DNA of 64,000 nt from Gammaproteobacteria bacterium (lineage in GTDB: Bacteria; Pseudomonadota; Gammaproteobacteria; G965209235). A program made the translations under genes and the position numbers. The stretch spans positions 10,613 to 74,612 of the forward strand of contig OZ242382.1 of assembly GCA_965209235.1 (NCBI GenBank), written 5' to 3'. The notes under the pieces are model-generated. The model made no database searches, was not told the origin of the DNA, and saw only the letters and a list, made by a program, of their open reading frames with translations. Of the stretch, positions 47,529 through 58,053 are shown piece after piece. The stretch's first letter is position 1. The number at the start of each line of letters is the position of its first letter.

Positions 47529-49183
47529 ACCAACGACGCAACCTTGGCGCTTCCAGACCCCTTATTGGGGTTCTGGCGAGCGTCATCGTTAGCGGTTGCA
47601 TGACAGGCGCGGTTTCAGTCCAAGACCAACCCGCGGGCCCAACGGAAAGGTTTGTGTTCGAAACCGCCTCTGGGCAGCTAGCCGCCGTCGATCCGTCGTC
47701 GGCAGACACACGAGTCGAATATAGCGCTGAAGCACTACTCACCTTAGCGGTCTCAGAGACCTCGCGGCAGTATGTTCGCCAAGCGCTCCATATGCTTGTC
47801 TTCGATTCAAAAACAGACGCGTGGACGCCTCGCCAAGCTGTACGAATTGCAGCGCGCCATGGTGATTACTCTGACAGACTTCGCGCATTGTTGTACGCGT
47901 ACGAGCGGCAACGGCGAAGTATTCGTGCGCGCATACAGCCGGATATCGTTCGCAATCTCATACTCGCGGCCACTCGATCGTCCCCATCGGAGCTCCTCTC
48001 AACGCTTCCGGAGGCGTGGCAAGCCCCTCTAAGATCCCATTTGGTGTGGCGCACGCCCTTTGAACAAGTCGATGAGCGCGCACGGTGGATTGCGCGATTT
48101 GACAACCATGCGGGCCGTCTATTGTGGTCCAACCGGGCAAACGATAACAAAAAGCTTCCAGCCCGTATACGAGTTTTGCTGCCACTCACCGGGGATCGTG
48201 CCCCAGCAGGCCTTGCCATTGCCCACGGCATTTCTGATGCGTATCTAGAAACGACGGATCTCGACGCCCATTCCGTCCAACTCGACTTTATTGATACAGA
48301 ACGGACCGAACCTTCAATTCTTGCGCGGTATGTCAGAGAAAGCGGCCGCATCCCCGTTATCGGGCCATTATTCAAAGACCGCATTGAAGAATCGCTACCG
48401 CGCGCTGGCCGCGGTTACCATGCTGTCGTCCTCAATTCGCCGCCAAGCACCTCGCTGCCCAGCGGAATCAAGACACTGTCCCTACCCATTGAAGACGACA
48501 TTCAAGCATTAGCAACTGCGATTGGAGAGCGAGACGGCCGTGCATTACTGGTGCTTGCGAGAGATGCTTGGGCCGAACGCGTGAGGGAAACTGCAGCGGA
48601 TGCCATCGAAACAGCCGGCGGTCAGCTGTCAGCTGTCGTCACGGTCACGGGCGCTGATGCCGTACAGGCACTCCGGCCTGTCTTGCATATTGACAGAAGC
48701 GAACGGCGCTCTGCAGAATTGCGCAGATTAGTCGGTCGCACAATGGTCTCAGTTTCGCGACCTAGGCAAGACATTGATGCCATTTTGCTTGCAACCGGCG
48801 CATCGGATGCGCAGCGCATCTTGCCTGCTCTCGCATTTCACTCCGTGAGCGATCTCTCGATATACGCCACGAGCACGATCTATGATCGACGACAAGGACC
48901 GCTCGCCTTTAGTGACCAGCAACACGTGATCGTTGCCGATGCGCCCATTGTGCTGCTTAAGGAGTACGATCTCAATGAAATCGCGCCCTACGCACCAACG
49001 CTCAGTTCAGACGGCCAAATGCGTTTGTACGGACTAGGACACGATGCTTTCCAGGTGCTCGTCGAATCCATCGATTCGCGCCAAGACATCGTTCTTTTCG
49101 GGTTGACTGGTGCGCTGCAGATTGAGCGCGATTCACATCACATCAAACGCACGCCGGCGCTGATCGACGTAACACGCAACTAA
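47525..49183 (+). CDS. lpoA: LpoA/LppC-like penicillin-binding protein activator lipoprotein
   Basis: I.VLLPL.G, IGPL.K, R.D.D.I.L, IYATS, RLYGLG.DA, GLTG.L. In-frame upstream lipoprotein signal ending VSGC begins at CTG 47525 (ORF track start 47600). Confidence 0.78.
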   Translation: MNQRRNLGASRPLIGVLASVIVSGCMTGAVSVQDQPAGPTERFVFETASGQLAAVDPSSADTRVEYSAEALLTLAVSETSRQYVRQALHMLVFDSKTDAWTPRQAVRIAARHGDYSDRLRALLYAYERQRRSIRARIQPDIVRNLILAATRSSPSELLSTLPEAWQAPLRSHLVWRTPFEQVDERARWIARFDNHAGRLLWSNRANDNKKLPARIRVLLPLTGDRAPAGLAIAHGISDAYLETTDLDAHSVQLDFIDTERTEPSILARYVRESGRIPVIGPLFKDRIEESLPRAGRGYHAVVLNSPPSTSLPSGIKTLSLPIEDDIQALATAIGERDGRALLVLARDAWAERVRETAADAIETAGGQLSAVVTVTGADAVQALRPVLHIDRSERRSAELRRLVGRTMVSVSRPRQDIDAILLATGASDAQRILPALAFHSVSDLSIYATSTIYDRRQGPLAFSDQQHVIVADAPIVLLKEYDLNEIAPYAPTLSSDGQMRLYGLGHDAFQVLVESIDSRQDIVLFGLTGALQIERDSHHIKRTPALIDVTRN

Positions 49184-49226
49184 TCCGCTCTAGTGTGAAC
49201 TAATCGCAACAATGTGACGCGCTCGA

Positions 49227-49889
49227 CTATATCGGGTCATCGAAATCGTTGAGCACACGTTCAGCATCCGTAAAGGATTTACGGACAAACTCAAGATCCA
49301 ATACGCGACGCATATAGTCTCGCACGCCCCTTGTCTCCAGTGAGACTGGCAAATGGACGCCAACAGACTTTAAACGCCATAAGATCGGAATGACGGTGCA
49401 ATCCAGCAAAGTAAATGTTTGACTTAAGTAAAACTTGTACGACTCAAATGGATGAATGTCTAGCATGATCCGGCGCAAGAAATCTTCCCTTCGGCGTTCT
49501 TGGACTTGAGGCTTGCTGCGATTTTTCAGCAACACCAAGCTCTCACCCCACATACGGGCAACTTTCACAGCCGCAATTCGAATGCGCGCTTTTTCTGCGG
49601 GAATCATAGGTAAAAGCGGTGGGTGTGGGAAACGATCTTCCAAGTACTCCATCGCGACAACGGCGTCATCCAAAGAAATCTGCCGGTCAGCCAAGATAGG
49701 CAAACGTCCTTCTGGCGTCAACAAAGACAAGTCGTCAAGTGGACGTCCGTTCGGCCATTCCACAAAGTCACACGATGCTTCTTTCTTCCGAAGCATTAAG
49801 CGCAAGCGGTGCGACAACTGGTCGTCCGGCCAATAGTAGCACGTCAAGCCACTCGGTGAAATCAGTTCTTGGGGGTTATTACTAGGCAT
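49227..49889 (-). CDS. sspA: Stringent starvation protein A
   Basis: SHR.R..L..K, LP.L.DR, MEYL..RFPHPPLLP..P, FTL.DC...P.LWRL; follows petC. Likely start ATG 49889. Confidence 0.88.
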   Translation of the reverse strand: MPSNNPQELISPSGLTCYYWPDDQLSHRLRLMLRKKEASCDFVEWPNGRPLDDLSLLTPEGRLPILADRQISLDDAVVAMEYLEDRFPHPPLLPMIPAEKARIRIAAVKVARMWGESLVLLKNRSKPQVQERRREDFLRRIMLDIHPFESYKFYLSQTFTLLDCTVIPILWRLKSVGVHLPVSLETRGVRDYMRRVLDLEFVRKSFTDAERVLNDFDDPI

Positions 49890-50772
49890 CACCTCGCTCC
49901 ACGTCCTTATGAAACTCGCGATAGAGCAACCACGCGAGCGCTGTAAACACGACCAAATACAGCAAGACAAAACCACCAATGCGGTGACTGGTCGCCGCTT
50001 CTGGTTCAGCAAGGTAGGTCAGAAAATGCACAAGGTCCCGAATCAGCTGATCGTACTCATCTTCATTCAACAAGCCGGAGCCTGGAACCGTTTCCAACAC
50101 ACCGCATGTTTCACCGAGTATCGGTTCGCTCGTGATTGGATCTGCCCGGTATCCACCGTTCGCCGTTATCTGCGGACGGTCGGCACATACCAAGCGCTGC
50201 TCGCCTTGAAGGTGCGACAACACATGAGGCATCCCAACATTTGGAAACACCAAGTTATCTGATCCGAACGTCTTCTTCGGGCTACTGTAAAACGTCATCA
50301 TGTACGTGTACAGCCATTCTGGCGAACGCGAGCGCGCAACGAGGGTCAGGTCCGGTGGGGACTTTCCAAACCACGCTTCTCCATCGACCCTTGTCATGGA
50401 AGACGTCATGTGGTCAGACAATTTTGTCGCCGATGAAAACTGCAACAAATCACGCATCACCGACGGCGGTATATCGTAGTCCCGAGAGACAAACTCGAAC
50501 CGATGGTGTTTGGCGCTGTGGCAGCCGAGGCAGTAGTTCGCGAAAACGCCAACCCCTCGTTGCATGGAGGCAGTGTCGCCGAGATCCACGTCGATGTCGT
50601 AGCAATCGCCAGCAGCGCCGCAAGTCGCGGCGGCGCCTGATCCGCTAAACCCTTCTTCAATGGCCTTAGGCACGCTTTCAAAAAGAGACAGAAAAACAGC
50701 GCCAAGAAGCGCGGTGACACCTAAAACGATACAGAATTGGACTTTCGTTAGTGTTGACATGCCGTTCCTCAC
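49882..50772 (-). CDS. petC: Cytochrome c1
   Basis: QRG...F.NYCLGCH, WFG..PPDLTL.AR.R...WLY.Y, MPHVL, C-terminal TM. Confidence 0.94.
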   Translation of the reverse strand: MRNGMSTLTKVQFCIVLGVTALLGAVFLSLFESVPKAIEEGFSGSGAAATCGAAGDCYDIDVDLGDTASMQRGVGVFANYCLGCHSAKHHRFEFVSRDYDIPPSVMRDLLQFSSATKLSDHMTSSMTRVDGEAWFGKSPPDLTLVARSRSPEWLYTYMMTFYSSPKKTFGSDNLVFPNVGMPHVLSHLQGEQRLVCADRPQITANGGYRADPITSEPILGETCGVLETVPGSGLLNEDEYDQLIRDLVHFLTYLAEPEAATSHRIGGFVLLYLVVFTALAWLLYREFHKDVERGDA

Positions 50773-51998
50773 AGTCGCGGAGGAACAGGCTTACATCGTT
50801 CTCGTGCCGTATAGATTGGCATCAAGAGGAAGTAAGAGAAATATCCCAATGTGCAAATCTGCGCGAGTACTTTTCGGAATTCCGTGGTCGGAACTGCACC
50901 TAAATAGCCGAGCATCAAGAAACACACAACGAAGATGCCAAGGAAGACTTTGGTACCCATGCCTCGGTAGCGAATCGAAGATACAGGGCTTCGATCCAAC
51001 CAAGGTAAGAACACAAACATGACCACAGCTAGTCCCATGATGACCAATCCCCAGAACTTGCCATCAATCCCAAGTAACGGGAAAGTGACAGCTCGCAGCA
51101 TCGCGTAATACGGCATGTAGTACCAAACCGGGACGATGTGTTCAGGAGTGCTCAGCGGGTTCGCCTCCTCGTAGTTGGCCGCTTCAATAAAGTAGCCGCC
51201 GACTGTGGGGAAGTAAAACGCAATTCCAAGCATGATGATGAGTGTCACGCCGATCCCAACGATTGCCTGAAGCACTTTGTACGGAAAGAACGGTATGCCG
51301 TCTTTCGGCCTGCCGGTGGCATCCGTATCAGCTTCGATATCAATACCATCAGGGTTGCCAGCACCCACTTCGTGCAGCCCCATCAAGTGGAACAACACAA
51401 AAGCGAGCATGATCAGCGGCACGACAATGGCGTGAAGTGCGAAGAATCGAGACAGTGTCGCATCCGAGATGAGATAGTCACCGCGAACCCAGGTCACCAA
51501 CGTGTCACCTACAAGCGGAATCGCGCCAAAAAGCGAAACAATCACCTGAGCAGCCCAATAGGACATTTGTCCCCAAGGCAAGACGTAACCGAGAAAACCC
51601 TCAGCCATCATCAACAGATACAGGAAGCAGCCGAAGACCCACACAAGTTCGCGCGGTGCTCGATAGGACCCGTAGAGCAGTCCCCGAAACATATGAAGAT
51701 AAATGATCAGAAAGAACATCGATGCACCAGTCGAGTGCAGATAGCGCAAAAGCCATCCAAACTCTACGTCTCTGGCGATATGCTGAACTGACTCAAAAGC
51801 TAGAGCTGGGCTTGGATCGTAGAACATCATGAGCCAGATTCCCGACCCATATTGAATAATCATGACCGTCGCTGCCAACGCTCCAAGCAGATACCACAAG
51901 TTGACCTTCTTGGGCACCATGTGCTTTGACAGATGTCGCTCAAAGGTTGCTGTGACCGGTAGTCTTTGGTCAACCCACGTCATGAATGTACGGAACAT
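50769..51998 (-). CDS. petB: Cytochrome b
   Basis: RYLHSTGAS, HMFRGL.YGSY, GYVLPWGQMS.W, RFFALH, TPEHI.PVWY. Confidence 0.97.
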   Translation of the reverse strand: MFRTFMTWVDQRLPVTATFERHLSKHMVPKKVNLWYLLGALAATVMIIQYGSGIWLMMFYDPSPALAFESVQHIARDVEFGWLLRYLHSTGASMFFLIIYLHMFRGLLYGSYRAPRELVWVFGCFLYLLMMAEGFLGYVLPWGQMSYWAAQVIVSLFGAIPLVGDTLVTWVRGDYLISDATLSRFFALHAIVVPLIMLAFVLFHLMGLHEVGAGNPDGIDIEADTDATGRPKDGIPFFPYKVLQAIVGIGVTLIIMLGIAFYFPTVGGYFIEAANYEEANPLSTPEHIVPVWYYMPYYAMLRAVTFPLLGIDGKFWGLVIMGLAVVMFVFLPWLDRSPVSSIRYRGMGTKVFLGIFVVCFLMLGYLGAVPTTEFRKVLAQICTLGYFSYFLLMPIYTARERCKPVPPRL

Positions 51999-52000
51999 CC

Positions 52001-52600
52001 TTAAACCTCTGGCTCGTCGATTCCGACAACGATCGTGTTCGGCCCTTCGAAGTAATGGGGCGGCACGGAAAGGTTTGTCGGGGCAGGAACGCCGCTATAC
52101 ACACGACCGAGAAGATCAAACTTTGATCCGTGACACGGGCAAAAGAATCCCCCTTTCCATGCGTTATCGAACGGCTGAGGCGACGCTTGGCCGACAAACT
52201 TTGGCGAGCATCCAAGATGCGTGCAAAGCCCCACCAACACGGTGACGTCTTCACGGCGAGAACGGTGCCAATTTTTTGCGTACTCAGGCTGTTCACTCGC
52301 GTCCGATGTCGGGTCCGCAATGTAGCTTTCTGGCGTCTTCAGGCCTGCCATCGTCTCGGCGTCTTGTTTGACCACAAAAATCGGCCGGCCGCGCCAACCA
52401 AACGTGACCAGCTGGCCTTCCATGAGTTGTCCAATTTCTACACGAACAGGTGCACCGGAAGCCCGAGCCCTCGCGCTCGGTTGCCAAGCTCGAAGAAACG
52501 GCCAAACAGCAGCGCCGAAGCCTGCAGCACCAACAGTCGATGTCGCCGCAAGGAGAAACTTACGCCGACCCTGCTCCCGCTTTGAGAGTCGCTTCACCAT
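52001..52600 (-). CDS. petA: Rieske iron-sulfur subunit of the bc1 complex
   Basis: Tat signal RRKFL; CTHLGC and CPCHGS. Likely start ATG 52600. Confidence 0.96.
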   Translation of the reverse strand: MVKRLSKREQGRRKFLLAATSTVGAAGFGAAVWPFLRAWQPSARARASGAPVRVEIGQLMEGQLVTFGWRGRPIFVVKQDAETMAGLKTPESYIADPTSDASEQPEYAKNWHRSRREDVTVLVGLCTHLGCSPKFVGQASPQPFDNAWKGGFFCPCHGSKFDLLGRVYSGVPAPTNLSVPPHYFEGPNTIVVGIDEPEV

Positions 52601-52610
52601 CGTAATGGGA

Positions 52611-53000
52611 TCAGCGTTTCGAGAACTGTGTTGCGCGACGCGCTTTCCGCAATCCGGTCTTTTTCCGTTCAACCATCCGAGGATCACGAGTCAAGTAACC
52701 ACCGGCTTTCAGTGCGGGCCGGAAACTCTCAGAACGCAACTTAAGCGCACGTGCCAAGCCCAGCTGTATGGCATACGCCTGGCCAGAGGCTCCTCCGCCC
52801 TTCACAGTTGCAATCACATCAATGCTACCCGTTAAAGCAACAGCCTCAATGGGAGCGTTAATCGCGATACGTAGGATCTCGCGCGGGAAATACTGATTGA
52901 CTTCGCGCCCGTTAACTTGAATTTTGCCTTCGCCTTGCCGGACGAATACTCGCGCTGTCGCTTCCTTCCGTCGGCCAGTTCCGTAGGTTTGTCCTTCCAT
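52611..53000 (-). CDS. rpsI: 30S ribosomal protein S9
   Basis: GTGRRK, GGG.SGQA, LTRD.R.VERKK.GLRKARR..QFSKR. Confidence 0.98.
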   Translation of the reverse strand: MEGQTYGTGRRKEATARVFVRQGEGKIQVNGREVNQYFPREILRIAINAPIEAVALTGSIDVIATVKGGGASGQAYAIQLGLARALKLRSESFRPALKAGGYLTRDPRMVERKKTGLRKARRATQFSKR

Positions 53001-53002
53001 GG

Positions 53003-53488
53003 TTAACCTGCTCCTTGGTCAGCTTGAACAGCCACAAATGGGCGATGGCCACGAATCGGCGCTAGCTCAATATCCGTCGGCTGTTGGGCGATATGACGTG
53101 CGGCGTCGCTGCCTGCATACACACGCAATCCGCGAAACATCATGCGTCCTGAAGGATTCTTTGGCAACATGCCTTTGATCGCATGCTCAATCACCTTTTC
53201 GGGTTGATGCTTGCGTACCCATGCAAGCGAGCGCTCACGGCCACCACCGGGATAACCGGTGTGCCTGAAATACATATGTTGAGCTTCCTTGTCTCCAGTG
53301 ACTTGGACGTCGGCAGCGTTGGTCACAATCACGTGATCACCGAACTGGACACCGGGCATAAACTCAGCTCGGTGTTTACCGCGCAATATGTAAGCGACAG
53401 CACTTGCTAGGCGACCGAGGCGGTACCCTTTTGCGTCAATACGATACCAATTGCCGACGTTCGTTGGCTTGGGCACAAAGGACTTCAT
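53003..53488 (-). CDS. rplM: 50S ribosomal protein L13
   Basis: W..IDA....LGRLAS..A..LRGKH, GD.VIV.NA, HTGYPGG, GMLPK. Likely start ATG 53488; C-terminal extension. Confidence 0.96.
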   Translation of the reverse strand: MKSFVPKPTNVGNWYRIDAKGYRLGRLASAVAYILRGKHRAEFMPGVQFGDHVIVTNAADVQVTGDKEAQHMYFRHTGYPGGGRERSLAWVRKHQPEKVIEHAIKGMLPKNPSGRMMFRGLRVYAGSDAARHIAQQPTDIELAPIRGHRPFVAVQADQGAG

Positions 53489-53705
53489 ACGAGACAGAAA
53501 ACCACACTTATCCGCCGTCTGCGGATCAACTAAACGTATTGTATGCGGATGCGCAAACTCAATCAACCACCAGAACCCCGACACCGCATTGTTCACGGCG
53601 CTAGAATTGGCGGGTCTAGATGCCGGCACCACTCTTTGGCACCCCCAAAATGCCGAGGGTCGTCTCGTCGCTGTTCAAGAGACCTAGAAGATTTGGAGGT
53701 CGAGA

Positions 53706-54206
53706 GTGGCTAAATCAAATGGAAAGCTAATTGACGCCAAGAGCCTAGAGGATCTGGCGCGGGTTATGCAAGAGTATGAGCTTGATGAGTTGCATCAAGC
53801 CACGGGCGAAGGTGAGTCCTTCACGATCGTACGGCGTCGCGAGCAAACACGTGTCGCTATGCCAATGCACAGCGAAGCGTACGCACACCCCCCGGCGGGA
53901 CATGCAGTTACGGCACCTACGCCTGCGGCAGCATCTAACGATGCCTCACCACCCGAGAGTGACAGCGGAATTAAGATTTCCTCGCCGATGGTTGGCACGT
54001 TCTACGCCTCCCCTTCTCCCGAAGCTGATGCATACGTGAGACGTGGGCAGCAAGTGAAGAAAGGTGACATCATTTGTATTGTTGAGGCGATGAAGATGAT
54101 GAATCACATCAAAAGCGATTTCGCAGGCACGGTTATCAGCGTTGATGTTGAGAATGGCCAACCTGTTGAGTTTGGACAAACCATCGTACGTCTGAAACCC
54201 GAGTAA
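53706..54206 (+). CDS. accB: Acetyl-CoA carboxylase biotin carboxyl carrier protein
   Basis: SPMVGTFY, EAMKMMN biotinylation site; RBS GGAGG. Confidence 0.96.
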   Translation: MAKSNGKLIDAKSLEDLARVMQEYELDELHQATGEGESFTIVRRREQTRVAMPMHSEAYAHPPAGHAVTAPTPAAASNDASPPESDSGIKISSPMVGTFYASPSPEADAYVRRGQQVKKGDIICIVEAMKMMNHIKSDFAGTVISVDVENGQPVEFGQTIVRLKPE

Positions 54207-54211
54207 CGCGC

Positions 54212-55570
54212 GTGCTCAAGAAGGTCCTGATTGCAAATCGAGGCGAAATTGCGCTGCGTGCTATCCGCGCCTGCAGACAGCTAGGCATTAGCACCGTTGC
54301 GGCGTACTCGCAGCCTGACGCTGACCTTATGCACCTGCGCTTCGCAGATGAGGCCGTGTGTATTGGTCCCGCGTCTCCCCATGAGAGTTACCTCAACGGA
54401 CCAGCACTTATTTCGGCACTCGATCTCACGGGCGCCGATGCTCTGTATCCCGGGTATGGGTTCCTAGCAGAAAACGCAGCCTTCGCGCAACAAGTCACGA
54501 ATAGCGGGTTTAAGTTCATCGGTCCCAGCGCCGAGTGCGTTGAACTGATGGGTGACAAAATTGCCTCTAGGAAAAAAGTGTCGTCATTGGATATTCCAAC
54601 GGTTCCCGGCACCAAATCCACGCTGTCATCATCAGTCTGGCGGGCAACATCGGTGGCTGAAAAAATAGGCTACCCCGTGATACTGAAAGCCGCAGCCGGT
54701 GGTGGCGGACGCGGGATGCGGGTCGTGGCCCGTCCCAGCGAACTGCCCACCGCTCTTGAAATCACACGACGAGAGGCAAAAGCCGCCTTTGGCGACGACC
54801 GGCTCTACATGGAGCATTTCCTGACAAACCCTCAACACATTGAGGTTCAAGTCATTGGAGACGGTCGTGGTGGGTGCGTGATTACTGGCGATCGAGACTG
54901 CAGCACCCAAAGACGTCACCAGAAACTGATTGAAGAAGGCCCAGCACATACGCTGACGCCCGAGATTCGCGATGCGATGTACAAGTGTTCGCAACAACTC
55001 GTTGAGGACCTCGCTTATGAAGGCGTGGGAACCTTGGAGTATCTCGTTCAGCGTGATGAGTTTTATTTCTTAGAAATGAATACGCGCATTCAAGTTGAGC
55101 ATCCTGTCACTGAGATGGTGTCTGGGATTGACCATGTTGAGCAACAAATGTTGATCGCTGGCTCTTCGCCCTCTGATGAGTACCAGCTCCCAACGCCGCT
55201 GGTGAGAGGACATGCGATCGAGTGCCGCATCAACGCTGAAGATCCCCGCACGTTCTTCCCCAGCCCTGGACGGGTCGATATTTGGCATCCCCCGGGTGGC
55301 CCTGGTGTGCGAGTGGATTCTCACCTGTACTCGGGATACGAAATTCCCCCGTACTACGACTCGCTGATTGCCAAAGTGATCGTATTCGGGGATACACGAG
55401 GACAAGCCATTCGTCGAGCGCGCCAAGCCTTGTCCGAACTCGCAGTCAATCCCATTAAGACCAATGTTGAACTGTTGCAAGCCGTCTTGCGCGACCCAGC
55501 CTTCGTATCGGGCGACTGGTCCATCGGCTCGTTGGAGCGTAATCTCTCGCACTACAAGCTCGGGGGATGA
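54212..55570 (+). CDS. accC: Biotin carboxylase
   Basis: LIANRGEIA, PGYGFLAEN, GGGGRGMR, EMNTRIQVEHPVTE, YYDSLIAK. Confidence 0.96.
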   Translation: MLKKVLIANRGEIALRAIRACRQLGISTVAAYSQPDADLMHLRFADEAVCIGPASPHESYLNGPALISALDLTGADALYPGYGFLAENAAFAQQVTNSGFKFIGPSAECVELMGDKIASRKKVSSLDIPTVPGTKSTLSSSVWRATSVAEKIGYPVILKAAAGGGGRGMRVVARPSELPTALEITRREAKAAFGDDRLYMEHFLTNPQHIEVQVIGDGRGGCVITGDRDCSTQRRHQKLIEEGPAHTLTPEIRDAMYKCSQQLVEDLAYEGVGTLEYLVQRDEFYFLEMNTRIQVEHPVTEMVSGIDHVEQQMLIAGSSPSDEYQLPTPLVRGHAIECRINAEDPRTFFPSPGRVDIWHPPGGPGVRVDSHLYSGYEIPPYYDSLIAKVIVFGDTRGQAIRRARQALSELAVNPIKTNVELLQAVLRDPAFVSGDWSIGSLERNLSHYKLGG

Positions 55571-58053
55571 CAGCCCCTGCCTCTGGTGCAGCTTGGAATC
55601 CGCGTGCTGCTGAACGTCTTGCGCAGGCTGCGTGGCAAGACAGTCGGGTAGCAGAAGCGCCGCAATCAGCGGGCGAGAATGCTCGTTATGTACTGTCCAT
55701 GTTCCCCTACCCCTCAGGGGCGCTGCACATGGGTCACGTGCGCAATTACTCTGCCGGCGACTGCATAGCCCGCTACCAACGGATGCGCGGACGCCCTGTT
55801 CTTCAACCAATGGGTTGGGATGCTGGAGGACTGCCAGCTGAAAATGCGGCGCTTAAACGAGGGATATCCCCCGGCGATTGGACGCGCGACAACATTGCCC
55901 ATATGCGCTCGCAAATCAAAGAACTTGGGATGCTGGTCGATTGGTCGCGAGAACTCGAAACCATTGCACCGACGTATTACATCTGGGAGCAGTGGCTGTT
56001 CGCCCGAATGTGGGAGATGGGGCTTGTTTACCAAGCCGAAGCACCCGTGAACTGGGATCCCGTCGATAACACAGTGCTAGCGAACGAGCAGGTAATCGAC
56101 GGCCGCGGTTGGCGTTCAGGCGCGTTGATTGAACGCCGCTCCATCAAACAGTGGTACTTGCGTATCACGGACTATGCCGATGAATTGCTGACGCTGCTCG
56201 ATGATCTTGACGGTCAATGGCCGCCGCAAGTCATCGCCATGCAAAGGAATTGGATCGGCAGGTCTGAAGGCCACGACGTGTCGTTTGCGCTGGCTGATGT
56301 ATCGTCGTTGCCAAAGACGTTGCACGCCCCTCTCTCAATCTTCACGACGAGAATCGACACGCTGTTTGGTGCGACATACCTTGCACTTTCACCCGAGCAC
56401 GATATTGCGAAGTATCTGGCAAAGAAAGACGCCACGGTCGCGGCGTTTCTGGAAAAGTGCCGGCAAGCGCCAACCCAAACGGCTGAACTGGCCAAGATGG
56501 AGAAACGAGGTGTCAACAGCGGCCTGCAGGTCATTCATCCGATAACTGGCGAAAAAATGCCCGTGTGGATCGCCAACTTCGTCATTGCAGATTACGGATC
56601 AGGCGTCGTGATGAGCGTGCCTGCGCACGATCAGCGAGACTTCGAATTTGCCGCGCTGTACCACCTGCCGATCTCGACCGTCATCGACTCTCTTCAGGCG
56701 CACGACTACACCACCGCAGCGATGACAGACGAGGGCACGCTCGTGCATTCAGGTGATTTTTCGGGATTGAGTTCATCTGAAGCCAAAACCAAGATTGGTG
56801 AGACGTTAGCAGCTAAGGGTGCGTGCGAGGCGCGCGTGCAGTTTCGACTGAGAGATTGGCTGATCTCCCGCCAGCGCTACTGGGGAACCCCGATTCCAGT
56901 CGTGCATTGCGATGCATGCGGACCGGTTTTGATTCCTGATGACGCCCTCCCTGTCATTCGCCCCGACAGCCTCATCCCAGACGGGCAGGGCAACGCCCTT
57001 GCCAGTTGCCATGAGTTCGTCGAAGTCGTGTGCCCCACTTGTAACGCACCCGCCAAGCGAGAAACTGACACATTTGATACTTTTATCAACTCGGCTTGGT
57101 ACTTTTCGCGCTTCACGACTCCGCATGACGACACCGCGATGGTGGCACACTCGGGGAAGGGGTGGCTGCCGGTCGATACCTACATTGGGGGTATTGAGCA
57201 TGCGATCCTCCACCTTTTGTCCTCTCGTTTCATCTATCTGGTGATGCGCGATCTAGGACTTGTTCCAGGTAGCCAGCCATTTCGGCGACTTATCTGCCAG
57301 GGCATGGTGAGGCTTGGCGGCAGAAAGATGTCCAAGTCCGAAAACAACATTGTTGACCCGCAAGATATGTTCCAGCGCTACGGTGTCGACTCGGTTCGAC
57401 TTGGGATTTTGTTTGCTGCCCCACTCACCCAATCATATGATTGGTCTGAGAAAGTCGTGGTGGGAACTGACCGGTTCTTGCAGCGCCTATGGACCACTGC
57501 CCATGCGATCGGACCGTTGGCCGCCCACTCGCTTTCAAGCAATGATCTGTCTCAAGCAGCATCTCAGTTACGACGTCAGATGAACTCTTGCATCGATTCC
57601 GTCACCAAAGATTTCGAAAGCTGTACAAGTTTGAACACCGCGATCGCGCACTTGATGGAACTGCTTAACCACATCCCGCAATCAAAATACTGGGCGAACG
57701 ACCGATCGTTGCACGCCGTGGCGCACGAAACCATCTCGTCACTGATAGCGATGCTCCAGCCTGCGGCTCCTCATGTCACGCATGTGCTTTGGAATATGCT
57801 CGGACACTCTGGGGATGTGGTATCTGCCTCCTGGCCAGAGGCCAAGATGGTTGCCGAAGAGACGCAAGTCAAACTTGCCATTCAAGTCAATGGACGGATG
57901 CGCAGTGTCATTACAGTGGCCCGCGATACCTCTAAGGAAGATCTGATGACGCATGCCATGGCGTTAGATGGCGTCACACGCGCGATCGGTGATGCATCAA
58001 TCGCTCGATCCATTCACGTACCAGGCCGAATCCTCAACATCGTGACAACGTGA
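55567..58053 (+). CDS. leuS: Leucyl-tRNA synthetase
   Basis: MFPYPSG.LHMGH, TTR.DT editing motif, RDW.ISRQRYWG, GGIEHA, KMSKS. Confidence 0.97.
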   Translation: MTAPASGAAWNPRAAERLAQAAWQDSRVAEAPQSAGENARYVLSMFPYPSGALHMGHVRNYSAGDCIARYQRMRGRPVLQPMGWDAGGLPAENAALKRGISPGDWTRDNIAHMRSQIKELGMLVDWSRELETIAPTYYIWEQWLFARMWEMGLVYQAEAPVNWDPVDNTVLANEQVIDGRGWRSGALIERRSIKQWYLRITDYADELLTLLDDLDGQWPPQVIAMQRNWIGRSEGHDVSFALADVSSLPKTLHAPLSIFTTRIDTLFGATYLALSPEHDIAKYLAKKDATVAAFLEKCRQAPTQTAELAKMEKRGVNSGLQVIHPITGEKMPVWIANFVIADYGSGVVMSVPAHDQRDFEFAALYHLPISTVIDSLQAHDYTTAAMTDEGTLVHSGDFSGLSSSEAKTKIGETLAAKGACEARVQFRLRDWLISRQRYWGTPIPVVHCDACGPVLIPDDALPVIRPDSLIPDGQGNALASCHEFVEVVCPTCNAPAKRETDTFDTFINSAWYFSRFTTPHDDTAMVAHSGKGWLPVDTYIGGIEHAILHLLSSRFIYLVMRDLGLVPGSQPFRRLICQGMVRLGGRKMSKSENNIVDPQDMFQRYGVDSVRLGILFAAPLTQSYDWSEKVVVGTDRFLQRLWTTAHAIGPLAAHSLSSNDLSQAASQLRRQMNSCIDSVTKDFESCTSLNTAIAHLMELLNHIPQSKYWANDRSLHAVAHETISSLIAMLQPAAPHVTHVLWNMLGHSGDVVSASWPEAKMVAEETQVKLAIQVNGRMRSVITVARDTSKEDLMTHAMALDGVTRAIGDASIARSIHVPGRILNIVTT

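Noticed and set aside
50100-50640. Extra Cys pairs in cytochrome c1 as additional haem sites
   Set aside because: They are not CxxCH motifs; likely disulfides.
53510-53526. Hairpin ATCCGC/GCGGAT upstream of rplM as an L13 leader
   Set aside because: Plausible position, but a 6-bp stem is too little evidence without covariation.
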